A stretch of 64,000 bases of DNA. Origin: an uncultured delta proteobacterium. GTDB lineage: Bacteria > Desulfobacterota > Binatia > Binatales > Binataceae. Position numbers and translations under genes: made by a program. How positions within the stretch are numbered: the stretch's first letter is position 1; the number at the start of each line of letters is the position of its first letter. The stretch is taken from contig CAWEEQ010000004.1 in assembly GCA_963808235.1 (NCBI GenBank), positions 736,001-800,000 of the forward strand, in the 5' to 3' direction. Below are positions 22,101 through 31,229 of the stretch, one piece after another. A model generated the notes under the pieces. It did not search any database. It was given only the letters and a program-made list of their open reading frames with translations, and had not been told where the DNA came from.

Positions 22101-22337
22101 ATGGCCGAGCAAGTCGCCACCAAACCATCTTCGATGCCAACCATCATCCTCAACGGCGATCCATATACCATCGAAGGAGAAATGCCGCTCGTTGCGATGC
22201 TCGAGCGGCTAAACATGCGCCAGGGCCGCGTCGCGGTCGAGATCAACCGTGAAATTGTACCCAAGGCTCGCTACGCCGGGACGGTGATCAAGCCGGGCGA
22301 CAACGTCGAGATAATCAACTTCGTCGGGGGTGGATAA
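22101..22337 (+). CDS. thiS: Sulfur carrier protein ThiS
   Basis: [17 protein letters not shown] and C-terminal FVGGG; ATG 22134 is an alternative start. Confidence 0.95.
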   Translation: MAEQVATKPSSMPTIILNGDPYTIEGEMPLVAMLERLNMRQGRVAVEINREIVPKARYAGTVIKPGDNVEIINFVGGG

Positions 22338-22362
22338 ATGGAATGCGCAAGGGACGGAAAAT

Positions 22363-23139
22363 ATGAAAGACACTTCGTTTGAACTGGGCGGCAAGTCGTT
22401 CAAGTCGCGTCTGATCGTCGGTACCGGAAAATACAAGGACTTCGCCGAGACTCGCGCCGCCGTCGAAGAGAGCGGCGCGGAGATCGTCACGGTCGCGGTG
22501 CGCCGCGTCAACATCACCGATCGTGGCAAAGAAAATCTGCTCGACTATATCGATCCCAAGCGCTATCAGATTCTTCCCAACACCGCCGGATGCTTCACCG
22601 CCGAGGAAGCGATTCGCACCTGCCGCCTCGCGCGCGAGGTCGGAGTCGGCGATCTCGTCAAGCTCGAAGTCATCGGCGACAAGCAGACACTCTTCCCCAA
22701 CGTCGCCGCAACTATCGAGGCCGCTCGCGTCCTGGTCAAGGAAGGGTTCAAGGTGATGCCCTATATCACCGACGATCCGGTGACCTGCCTGCGCCTTCAG
22801 GAAATCGGATGCGTCGCGGTGATGCCGCTCGCGGCGCCGATCGGCTCCGGTCTCGGAATCCGCAACCCGTTCAACCTCGCGATAATTATCGAACAGGCAA
22901 AAGTGCCGGTCATCGTCGATGCGGGCGTGGGCACGGCTTCCGATGCGGCCGAGGCGATGGAACTCGGATGCGACGCGATACTGATGAACACCGCGATCGC
23001 GGGCGCCAAAGATCCGATCGCTATGGCGCGTGCGATGAAGCTCGCCGTCGAAGCCGGCCGGCTCGCCTACCGCGCCGGCCGCATCGAGCGCAAACTCTAC
23101 GCAACCGCGTCAAGCCCGCTCACCGGCCTCATCGGATAA
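22363..23139 (+). CDS. thiG: Thiazole synthase
   Basis: [41 protein letters not shown]. Confidence 0.98.
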   Translation: MKDTSFELGGKSFKSRLIVGTGKYKDFAETRAAVEESGAEIVTVAVRRVNITDRGKENLLDYIDPKRYQILPNTAGCFTAEEAIRTCRLAREVGVGDLVKLEVIGDKQTLFPNVAATIEAARVLVKEGFKVMPYITDDPVTCLRLQEIGCVAVMPLAAPIGSGLGIRNPFNLAIIIEQAKVPVIVDAGVGTASDAAEAMELGCDAILMNTAIAGAKDPIAMARAMKLAVEAGRLAYRAGRIERKLYATASSPLTGLIG

Positions 23140-23142
23140 CTC

Positions 23143-23820
23143 TTGTCGGCTCGGCCAAAAGTCAGCTTTAGGCTGTACTTGATCACCGACCGGCGAGTCG
23201 TAAGAAATGGCGACCTGGTCTCGGCCTGCGAAGAGTCGCTCGCCGCAGCGCGGCAGAGCGCGCCGCCCGGCACGGTCGCACTGCAACTGCGCGAAAAAGA
23301 TCTCCCCGCGCGCGAGCTCTACCAGCTGGCACTTCGGCTGCGTGAGATATGCACGCGCAACGGCGCGCCGCTCATCGTGAACGATCGCGTCGACGTAGCA
23401 CTCGCAGCGGACGCTGACGGCGTACATCTTCCGTTCGATTCCATCGGCGTCAGCATGGCGCGCGAGCTGCTCCCGCCAAGTCGCCTGGTCGGCGTATCGA
23501 CGCATTCGCCCCCCGATGTATCAGGGGCCGCGCGCGAAGGCGCGGACTTCGCAGTTTTCGGACCCATCTTCGACCCAATTTCGAAGTCCGCAACAGGTCC
23601 GGCGTGGGGTTCTGAAGGTCTCGGCGCCGCATGCCGCGCCGGTGCGATCCCAGTCTTCGCGCTAGGCGGGATCACGCCCGAGCGCGCCCGCCAATTGCTC
23701 GCCAATCCCGACGAGACCGCGAGCCTCGCAGGTGTAGCCGCAATCGGCTCAATCTTCGCCGCCGACTCCCCGGCCGCGGCTATCACTGCGATGCTCTCGG
23801 CGCTTCTTCCTTCGCCCTGA
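23143..23820 (+). CDS. thiE: Thiamine-phosphate synthase
   Basis: LYLITDR, QLREK, VNDRVDVA, GVH, GVSTHS, ALGGIT; 3' end overlaps the convergent gene by 38 bp. Confidence 0.9.
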   Translation: MSARPKVSFRLYLITDRRVVRNGDLVSACEESLAAARQSAPPGTVALQLREKDLPARELYQLALRLREICTRNGAPLIVNDRVDVALAADADGVHLPFDSIGVSMARELLPPSRLVGVSTHSPPDVSGAAREGADFAVFGPIFDPISKSATGPAWGSEGLGAACRAGAIPVFALGGITPERARQLLANPDETASLAGVAAIGSIFAADSPAAAITAMLSALLPSP

Positions 23821-24676
23821 CCGCGGCGTCGAGCAAGGTCGATACCGTAGGCAGCTCGCGATAGTACGGAGAGGTGAATATCCATCGCACGACGCGTTCG
23901 CGATCGACAATCAAGAACGCCGGTATCGCGTTGTCAGGCTCCCCGTTCACATGATGCTGCACGAGACCAAGCGGTCTCAGCACGCTCTCGCCGGGATCGC
24001 CAAGGAGGGGTATCGAAGTCTTCAAAAATCCAGCCAGCATCTTTGATCGCTCGATCGGATCAGCGCTGATCGCGACTACGTCGACTCGCGCCCGCCTGAA
24101 CTCATCAGCATGCGCGGTCAGGTCGGCGAGTTCGAATCGCGCGAACGGGCAAAAATCTCCGCGATACACATAGATGAGTGTCGCATCGGCGCCTTCAGCT
24201 GTCGGCCCGCCATGAATCCTGCTCCGCTGATCGAGCAGCGCGTACGGAAGAAACCGTTGTCCTACGGCCAGACTTAGCTGGTACGGCGGATTTAGAGTTC
24301 CGCGCATCGCATAACTGACAAATCTGCCTCCGCCAACGCCGATCGCGACGCATGCGAAAACAGCAAAGAGTCCGATGCCAAGTTTCGCGTGCGGTGAGTT
24401 GAGTCCGAAGCCCAGACGCACTCCGCCGAGCGCGAGCAGCATCGCGAGCGCTAACATCGCAAACGCCGGCCACGGAATCCGGTCGTGAATGCCCATCCAC
24501 GGCGCCGACCAGAACGAGATCAGTACGTATTCGTAAAGGCCGAAACCGCAGGCGGTCAGCGCGAGCGCTGAGAGCGCGCGAATCGGCTCGAACGGCGGCG
24601 CGATCCAGGGCTCGTCGTAGAACTCCGGCGTGATTTCAATCCGCGAGCCGGGAGTCTCTGACCCTTCGGCACTCAT
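23783..24676 (-). CDS. Membrane-anchored redoxin (AhpC/TSA-like) protein
   Basis: Three hydrophobic helices followed by IYVYRGDFCPFARFEL, VVAISAD and IPAFLIVD. Confidence 0.75.
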   Translation of the reverse strand: MSAEGSETPGSRIEITPEFYDEPWIAPPFEPIRALSALALTACGFGLYEYVLISFWSAPWMGIHDRIPWPAFAMLALAMLLALGGVRLGFGLNSPHAKLGIGLFAVFACVAIGVGGGRFVSYAMRGTLNPPYQLSLAVGQRFLPYALLDQRSRIHGGPTAEGADATLIYVYRGDFCPFARFELADLTAHADEFRRARVDVVAISADPIERSKMLAGFLKTSIPLLGDPGESVLRPLGLVQHHVNGEPDNAIPAFLIVDRERVVRWIFTSPYYRELPTVSTLLDAAVRAKEEAPRASQ

Positions 24677-25311
24677 CAGTTGAGCATCTGCAGCTTCAAG
24701 TCATCGAACGAAATCAGCTCGACCCCGGTTTGCTGCAATTTTGCGAAGAAGCTTACCGCATCAATTCCGTTGAACACGATCGCGTCCTTGACGACATGCA
24801 GCTTCGGGCCAAGTCCGGCCAGCGCCGTGATCTCGCGATCGGCGCATGTCTCGGTGTAAACGCCGTAGATCACGATGTCTTTGAAGGGTTGCAGGACCAG
24901 CCGCAGGACCGCACGCATATGGGCGTTGTTGGCGAGCCGTTCGAACTGTTGGCGTTGAAAAACGATCTCGCCAACGTGATCCAGCACCTGTTGAATCTCT
25001 TCCGTCGTGTATTCTTTGTTTTCCAAGTAAAGCGGATTCGCCGGCATCGTCTCGTTGATTTTCTGCTCGCCCGGAGTGCTCTCGATGCAATGATCCGGAA
25101 ACGGGCCGCCCGAACTCTTCAGCATCGGGTCGCCCGCAACGTGACGATCGACGGCGCACACGACTCGCACCTTCTGGTCGCGCGCGAGGTCGGTTAACGC
25201 CTTGAGCTTCGCAACGATCGCGTCGGCGCCCGCGATCCGACACTTACCGTCGGGCGCGAGGAAGTCGCGCTGCGTATCGAGGTCGTAGAAAATCGTCTTG
25301 GTGGTATCCAT
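24676..25311 (-). CDS. Isochorismatase/nicotinamidase-family cysteine hydrolase
   Basis: DLDTQRDF, VDRH, FPDHC, GVYTETC, VVKDA. Confidence 0.85.
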   Translation of the reverse strand: MDTTKTIFYDLDTQRDFLAPDGKCRIAGADAIVAKLKALTDLARDQKVRVVCAVDRHVAGDPMLKSSGGPFPDHCIESTPGEQKINETMPANPLYLENKEYTTEEIQQVLDHVGEIVFQRQQFERLANNAHMRAVLRLVLQPFKDIVIYGVYTETCADREITALAGLGPKLHVVKDAIVFNGIDAVSFFAKLQQTGVELISFDDLKLQMLN

Positions 25312-25326
25312 CAAGCTTGCATCGGT

Positions 25327-26262
25327 TCAGAAATGTCCGGGCTCGTGCTCGCGCCGGTTGTCGCGTTCGAGTTGCACCGTCAAATGATGAATGTCGAATT
25401 TGCTTTGCAGCAGATGACACATGTCGGCCAGCACCCGATCGCGATCCGCGTCGGCAGCCACCACTGCGTGCGCGGAAAGCGCGAACTGGCGCGTGGACAA
25501 GCACCACACGTGGAGATCGTGAACCTCTTCGGTGCCTTTAACCGCGAGCAGGTCGGCGCGCATCTCGTCGAGGTTGATATGCGACGGAACCGATTCCATC
25601 AGGATGTCCACGCCCTCGCGGATCAAACCCCACGACCCATACAGCACCAGCCCTCCGATAAATATGCTCACGGCCGGGTCCGCGCCCATCCACCCCGTGA
25701 AGTAACCGAGAGCGCCTGAGGCGAGCACCCCCAACGACCCGACCAGATCCGAAATCACGTGGACAAACACCGCGCGCATCGCCATCCCGCGCCTGCCGTC
25801 AGTGCCGACCGTCGTCATCCACCCTGAAAACGTGTTCACACCTATGCCGATGATTGCGATCGCCATCACGGCGAGACCGGAAACCGGGCGCGGATTTCGA
25901 AGGCGCGTGACCGCTTCGATCCAGATGAAAACCACCAGGACCCAGAGAAAGAGTCCGTTAAGCAACGCGCCAAGAATTTCCGCGCGCAGGTATCCATAGG
26001 TTTTCCCCGACGACGCCGGACGCGCCGAGATCCAAAGCGTCAGCAGACCGACACACAGCGCCGCAATATCGGTCAGCATGTGAACCGCGTCCGAGAGCAA
26101 AGCGAGGCTCCCACTCATGTAGCCGCCGACGAGTTCGGTGACAAAGTAGATCGAGGTGACGCCGAGGACGATCAGCAACCGGCGCTGATCGGACTGAATC
26201 GATACATGCGACTCATGGCTCTGCACATCGTTGCCTGCGAGAAGAATTCGCGCCCGCTTCAA
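25327..26262 (-). CDS. Cation diffusion facilitator (CzcD/ZitB-like) transporter
   Basis: SLALLSDAVHMLTD, TYGYLRAE, HVISD, VHDLHVW, HHLTVQLE; start uncertain. Confidence 0.93.
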   Translation of the reverse strand: MKRARILLAGNDVQSHESHVSIQSDQRRLLIVLGVTSIYFVTELVGGYMSGSLALLSDAVHMLTDIAALCVGLLTLWISARPASSGKTYGYLRAEILGALLNGLFLWVLVVFIWIEAVTRLRNPRPVSGLAVMAIAIIGIGVNTFSGWMTTVGTDGRRGMAMRAVFVHVISDLVGSLGVLASGALGYFTGWMGADPAVSIFIGGLVLYGSWGLIREGVDILMESVPSHINLDEMRADLLAVKGTEEVHDLHVWCLSTRQFALSAHAVVAADADRDRVLADMCHLLQSKFDIHHLTVQLERDNRREHEPGHF

Positions 26263-26784
26263 TCAATCATAGTGTATCAGGGAGAGGCAGTTGATCTCGC
26301 CGAGCCGCCCGCGTCCCTTGAGACCGTCAAGCTCGACGATGAACGCGCAGCCGATCACGTTGCCGCCGAGTTTGCGCACCAGGCTGACCGCCGCTTGTGC
26401 CGTGCCGCCGGTGGCCAGCAGATCGTCGGCAATGAGTACTCGCGCATTGTTTACGATTCCGTCCTGGTGGATCTGCAGCGACGCGCTGCCGTATTCGAGA
26501 TCGTACGTTTGATCGAAGAATCGAAATGGAAGCTTGCCCGGCTTGCGCGCAATTGTCAGCCCCACCCCGAGCCGATACGCGAGCGGCGCGCCCACGATAA
26601 AGCCGCGCGACTCGATCCCGAGCACCACGTCCACTGCGCCGAGGTAAGGCTCCGCCATCTGATCGACGACCGCAGCGAAGCCGCGTGCGTTGCCGATGAG
26701 CGGCGTGATGTCCCTGAACATGATCCCCGGCTTCGGAAAATCCGGAATATCGCGGATAAGTTTTTTTATTTCTTCTGGAGTCAT
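26263..26784 (-). CDS. apt: Adenine phosphoribosyltransferase
   Basis: IPDFPKPGIMFRDIT, IESRGF, RKPGKLP, LEYG, IADDLLATGGT. Confidence 0.97.
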   Translation of the reverse strand: MTPEEIKKLIRDIPDFPKPGIMFRDITPLIGNARGFAAVVDQMAEPYLGAVDVVLGIESRGFIVGAPLAYRLGVGLTIARKPGKLPFRFFDQTYDLEYGSASLQIHQDGIVNNARVLIADDLLATGGTAQAAVSLVRKLGGNVIGCAFIVELDGLKGRGRLGEINCLSLIHYD

Positions 26785-26837
26785 CTTTATTCCGTCGCCC
26801 AAGTCTCGAGGAAACCGAGATGCGACGGTCAAAGATA

Positions 26838-27599
26838 CTAGCTGCCGCCCGCCGCGGCAAAGCTGATCGCGCCCGCGCTCTCCGGTTGCGGCAGATACGC
26901 CAGTGGATTTTGCGCGACGTTATCGCGACGCACTTCGAAATGGAGATTCGCGCCGGTGGTCCGCCCCGAGCGTCCGATTCGCCCAACTTCCTGGCCGCGC
27001 GCGACTCGAACGCCCTCGCTCACCAGGTTGCGTTCGTTATGTCCATAAACGGTCACGTATCCGTCGTCATGCCTGATGATCACCGTGTTGCCGTAGCCGT
27101 GAAGCGTGCCCGAAAAAATCACCACGCCAGTGTCCGCCGCATAGACCGGAGTTCCCACCGGCGCCGCGATATCGACGCCGTCGTGCATCGCTCCGTTTCG
27201 GATTCCAAATCCCGACGAGACCACGCCCTGCGCGACCGGCCACAAAAATTGCCGCGATGAACGCTCCCCTGTATACGGATGTACTCCATGCTCGCTCCCA
27301 ATCGCCGCCGTCCGATACGCGCCGGGAATCGTGATCGTCTGCCCGACATGCAAGTCGCGCGGATCGCCGATTCCATTGGCGGCCATCAGCCGCCCCACGC
27401 TGACTCCATATTCCTGCGCGATATGGTAGATGGTCTCACCCGCGACCACCGTATGCGTTGTCGGAGACCGCGCGGAAGCTGAGGTGTACGGCGTCGGCGT
27501 CGAGGAGGTCGTGTCGCCGCAGCCTGAAAGCCCGTTCGCAAATGCGAGCGCAATCGCCATCGCCGCACAAGCACGCGCTATCCGCCCCCTCCCACTCAA
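26838..27599 (-). CDS. nlpD: LysM/M23 peptidase lipoprotein (NlpD-like)
   Basis: Lipobox LSGC, LysM (HTVVAGETIYHIA), HDGVD, YGH, HFE; lies downstream of pcm. Confidence 0.85.
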   Translation of the reverse strand: MSGRGRIARACAAMAIALAFANGLSGCGDTTSSTPTPYTSASARSPTTHTVVAGETIYHIAQEYGVSVGRLMAANGIGDPRDLHVGQTITIPGAYRTAAIGSEHGVHPYTGERSSRQFLWPVAQGVVSSGFGIRNGAMHDGVDIAAPVGTPVYAADTGVVIFSGTLHGYGNTVIIRHDDGYVTVYGHNERNLVSEGVRVARGQEVGRIGRSGRTTGANLHFEVRRDNVAQNPLAYLPQPESAGAISFAAAGGS

Positions 27600-27615
27600 C
27601 TCGGTTGCTCCTCCA

Positions 27616-28263
27616 CTAATCCTGAAAACCGTGCTTCCCCGTCATCTTCACGAATCGGCACTCTCCGAAATATTCCTCGCTCCAATGCCCCGTCGCGCGA
27701 CTGATTCGCACCAGTGTCTGCAATTCATCTTCGCCGATCGGTGCGACCAGCCGTCCCTGTGGCGTCAGTTGATTCAGCAGCGGAACCGCGATTCCCGGCA
27801 TTGCCGCCGTCACCATGATCACGTCGAAAGGCGCTTCCTCCGGCCATCCGTCGGAACCGTCGCCGGATCGAAGGAATACGTTACCGAACCCCATCGAGTT
27901 CAGGATCACGCGGGCGCGATCGTGAAGATGCGGGTTGAACTCGATCGAATAGACCTCGGCCGCCAAATGGGCGAGCACCGCCGTCTGGTAGCCCGACCCG
28001 GTGCCGACTTCGAGCACTTTCTCGACGCCCTTCAACTCGGCGACCTCGCTCATCAACGCGACCATGTAGGGTTGCGAAATAGTTTGCGCGTCGCCGATCG
28101 GAAGCGGGCCGTCGTCGTATGCGTGATCGTGAAGTTCTGCGGGCAGAAATCGATGGCGCGCGATCCGGCGCATCGAATCGAGCACGCGCCGATCTTTTAT
28201 CCCGCGCCGCTCGAGCTGCTCGACCACCATCCGCTCGCGCGCGCCTTCGAGATCAATCGCCAT
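27616..28263 (-). CDS. pcm: Protein-L-isoaspartate O-methyltransferase
   Basis: QTISQPYMVA, VLEVGTGSGYQ, GDGSDGWPEEAPFD. Confidence 0.96.
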   Translation of the reverse strand: MAIDLEGARERMVVEQLERRGIKDRRVLDSMRRIARHRFLPAELHDHAYDDGPLPIGDAQTISQPYMVALMSEVAELKGVEKVLEVGTGSGYQTAVLAHLAAEVYSIEFNPHLHDRARVILNSMGFGNVFLRSGDGSDGWPEEAPFDVIMVTAAMPGIAVPLLNQLTPQGRLVAPIGEDELQTLVRISRATGHWSEEYFGECRFVKMTGKHGFQD

Positions 28264-28271
28264 CGCGAATC

Positions 28272-28300
28272 ATTATACAGATGCGCCCGCCAGCGCTTAA
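28272..28300 (-). promoter_or_regulatory. Sigma70 promoter of pcm, near-leaderless
   Basis: TTAAGC-17 bp-TATAAT, ending 8 nt before the pcm ATG. Confidence 0.6.
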
Positions 28301-28333
28301 AGTACCGCCCATACCAGCTGCTCCCCGGCCACT

Positions 28334-28362
28334 TTGGCGAATCTTTCTTTCCCAGCTATAGT
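28334..28362 (+). promoter_or_regulatory. Putative sigma70 promoter of the His-rich protein gene
   Basis: TTGGCG-17 bp-TATAGT. Confidence 0.45.
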
Positions 28363-28454
28363 ACCGTGCGCGGCCCCGTTCTTGCTCCCAGACTACTGTG
28401 TCGCGCGATCGAAGGTAGTCGCGGAATGAAACCAAAAACGGAGGATAGATCTCT

Positions 28455-28865
28455 ATGGATTCGAGATCTGGAAAAGTACTAGTCGGCGCAATCGTCGCCG
28501 CGGCTTTGGGTACCTTCGCGGTGCATTCCGTGGCCGCATCCACTGGCACTGCCACACAGCCTCACAACTCGGTCCCGACGCTCCAACTGGCCCAGGACGA
28601 TCATGAAGAGCATCAGGAGATCGAGAAGGAAACCAAGGAGCTCAGAGAAGACGCCGCCACCGTCCCCGAGGCGGTCGACCACGAACACGAACGGAAGGAA
28701 GCTCGCGAATCAGAGAAGGAGCGTCATCAACTACATCACCAAGTCCGCGACACTGAACGCCACACAGATCAACTGGGTAGTGATGATCCGAACGCGGCCA
28801 CGAATTCAGTGAAGAGCGAGCACCAAGACCACGAGATGAACGACAAGGTCGAGCACGACCAGTAG
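28455..28865 (+). CDS. Secreted His/Glu/Asp-rich hypothetical protein
   Basis: GGAGG SD, signal peptide, low-complexity charged mature region. Confidence 0.75.
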   Translation: MDSRSGKVLVGAIVAAALGTFAVHSVAASTGTATQPHNSVPTLQLAQDDHEEHQEIEKETKELREDAATVPEAVDHEHERKEARESEKERHQLHHQVRDTERHTDQLGSDDPNAATNSVKSEHQDHEMNDKVEHDQ

Positions 28866-28871
28866 TCACCG

Positions 28872-29666
28872 CTACGGCGCGATGCCGATTGCCGCGAACA
28901 CGCGATGCATCGCCGGCATCGGGTCCTCGGGCCATCGCTCTGCGAGCATCGCGCGCAATTCGTCGTCGAAGATTGCAACTGCCTCCGGCGCAAGACTCGC
29001 GCCCACGCCCGCGCTGGCGCGAATTCGTCCTCGCCACGCCTCGTGGGTATAGATTACATCAAGGTCAAACGAAAACGTTTCGATCCTTGTGAATCCCGCG
29101 ATCGCCAGATCGCGCGGCCACTGCGGATGTATTCCGAGTCCTCCGCCAAACTTCCATTTCGGATTGTGCTTCTCGATGAGCTTCTCGGTCGCCTCGATCA
29201 TGCTGCCGGGCAGCGGGATCCAGTCGAAGTGCCCGATTACCAGGGACCCCCCAGGCCCCAGCACTCGCCGCGACTCGGCCGCCGCGCGCGGACGATCGAA
29301 CCAATGCCAGCACTGACCCGCCGTCACCAACTTGAAGCGCGCGGCTGGGAGCCCGGTGTCCTCGGCAGGAGCCTCGACGTACTTGACGCTCACTCCCGCC
29401 GCCCGATCCAATTCTGCCGCTTGCTCCATCAGCGGAACCGATCGATCGAGCCCGGTGACGTCGCATCCTCTGAGCGCGAGTCCGCGCGCGATAGTTCCGG
29501 TTCCGGTCCCGATATCGAGCGCTCGAATTCCGCTACGTACGATTCCCATCGCGGCCAGCCGATCGAAAAATTCGTCGGGGAAGCCTGCGCGATGTCGCCC
29601 GTAGTCGTCGGCGGTTTTGCCGAAATCCGCGCGCAAATCCTTGTGCCGCACTTCCGCCGATTTCAT
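28872..29666 (-). CDS. Class I SAM-dependent methyltransferase
   Basis: DFGKTADDYGRHRAGFP, ALDIGTGTG, AGQCWHWFD; GAGGAGG SD before ATG 29666. Confidence 0.9.
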   Translation of the reverse strand: MKSAEVRHKDLRADFGKTADDYGRHRAGFPDEFFDRLAAMGIVRSGIRALDIGTGTGTIARGLALRGCDVTGLDRSVPLMEQAAELDRAAGVSVKYVEAPAEDTGLPAARFKLVTAGQCWHWFDRPRAAAESRRVLGPGGSLVIGHFDWIPLPGSMIEATEKLIEKHNPKWKFGGGLGIHPQWPRDLAIAGFTRIETFSFDLDVIYTHEAWRGRIRASAGVGASLAPEAVAIFDDELRAMLAERWPEDPMPAMHRVFAAIGIAP

Positions 29667-29786
29667 GCGTGATGCCCTCCTCGACCTTGAGATTGACTGT
29701 ATATAAACTGCGTATATCTTGATGCAAGTTTTTGCCAACTGGATATGGCTTGACGCGCACCGCCGCGGCATGGCGTGATCCTGTCT

Positions 29787-31100
29787 GTGGCGACTCGAAG
29801 TTCCGATCGCGCCGGTATGATTACCGCGGCCGAGGCCGCCGGACAGCTCGGCGTGAAACTCGGCACGCTCTACGCCTACGTCAGCCGCGGCTGGCTCAAA
29901 AGCTACCGCCGCAAGGTCGGGCGGCAGGCGCTCTATCGGCGCTCGGATATCGAAGCGTTGCGCGGCGTCGTCTCGACCGAGCGCGGACGGCGCGGTCGCA
30001 GTCTGCCGGCCGCGTCGAGCTGGGTCACGGTTGCTCATCCGAGGAGCGTCGAAAACGGCGCGCCCGGTGTAATCGTCGCCGAATCGGCGGTCAGCTCGAT
30101 CAATGACGACAAGCTCGCGTTTCGCGGCTATCCGATCGAGGAAGTCGTCGAGCGCGCGACGTACGAGGAGGTCTGCCTGCTGCTATGGAGTGGCGAGCGG
30201 CCCGTCGTCGAGGAGATCGCCGCGCTCCGTGCCGAGATTCACGGCGCGCAAATGCCCGCTTCAGTAGCCGCCGCGCTTGCCGCCGTCGGTGACGATGCGC
30301 CGCCACTGCTCAGACTTGCGGCCGTGATGCCGAGTCTTGCCGCGTGGGATCGACGTCAGCCACCACGAACGCGAATCGATCGCGCCAAGCTGATCATCAG
30401 CCAACTTCCGCTTGCACTCGCGCATCCTCCCGCAGAATCGATCGGCGGCCCCGGGATGGCGGGACGGCTCCTCGGATGGGCGCCGGGCTCGACCGCCGGC
30501 GAGTGGGAAGTCGCCGCACTGGAACGCGTGCTGATCGCGTGCGCCGAGCACGAGCTGAACGCGTCCACGTTCGCGGCGCGCGTGGTTGCGAGCACCGGCG
30601 CGGATCTCTTTGCCTCGGTGCTCGCGGCACTTTGCTCGCTCTCCGGGCCGATCCACGGCGGCGCATGCGATCGAATCGAAGCGATGTTCGCCGAGCTCGA
30701 ATCCGGCGCGCGCATCGATGAATGCTTGTCTGCGTTCACCCGCGACCATCGTCTGCCCCCGGGCTTCGGTCATGCGATTTATCCCGAAGGAGATCCGCGT
30801 GCGGTGTTGCTGCGAGAAGTTGCGCAGACGATCGCAAAGCATCGCGGCAAGCGTCTTTTCGAGACCGCACTCAAGGTCGAATCCGCGGTATGGAAGCGCG
30901 AACATTTGCGTCCCAATCTGGATTTCTATCTGACCGTTTGCGTGCGGATGCTCGGTTTTCCTCGTTCGATTCCTGCGGCGATTTTCGCCATTGGACGCGC
31001 TTCGGGCTGGATTGCCCACGCGCTCGAACAATACGCCGACAATCGTCTGATCCGCCCCAGGATGCGCTATCGCGGCGCTCCGCTGCGTCACTTCGAATAG
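29787..31100 (+). CDS. HTH (excisionase/MerR-like)-citrate synthase fusion protein
   Basis: N-terminal AAEAAGQLGVKLGTLYAYVSRG; citrate synthase motifs EHELNASTF, GPIHGGA, GFGHAIY and PNLDF; start uncertain (29775, 29787 or 29817). Confidence 0.9.
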   Translation: MATRSSDRAGMITAAEAAGQLGVKLGTLYAYVSRGWLKSYRRKVGRQALYRRSDIEALRGVVSTERGRRGRSLPAASSWVTVAHPRSVENGAPGVIVAESAVSSINDDKLAFRGYPIEEVVERATYEEVCLLLWSGERPVVEEIAALRAEIHGAQMPASVAAALAAVGDDAPPLLRLAAVMPSLAAWDRRQPPRTRIDRAKLIISQLPLALAHPPAESIGGPGMAGRLLGWAPGSTAGEWEVAALERVLIACAEHELNASTFAARVVASTGADLFASVLAALCSLSGPIHGGACDRIEAMFAELESGARIDECLSAFTRDHRLPPGFGHAIYPEGDPRAVLLREVAQTIAKHRGKRLFETALKVESAVWKREHLRPNLDFYLTVCVRMLGFPRSIPAAIFAIGRASGWIAHALEQYADNRLIRPRMRYRGAPLRHFE

Positions 31101-31134
31101 CCCTCGCGCCGAATGACGAGCGCGCACCGGACTT

Positions 31135-31214
31135 CATTACACGTCCCCAATAGACATTGCACGTTCCCTGAAAAACATTGCACGTCAAGTGAAAAAAGTC
31201 GTATTGAAAATACG
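31135..31214 (+). promoter_or_regulatory. Three phased direct repeats plus a palindrome; probable operator array
   Basis: CATT(A/G)CACGT at 31135, 31155 and 31176; CGTATT-GAA-AATACG at 31200-31214. Confidence 0.6.
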
Positions 31215-31229
31215 GAAGAGGCGCGCAAC

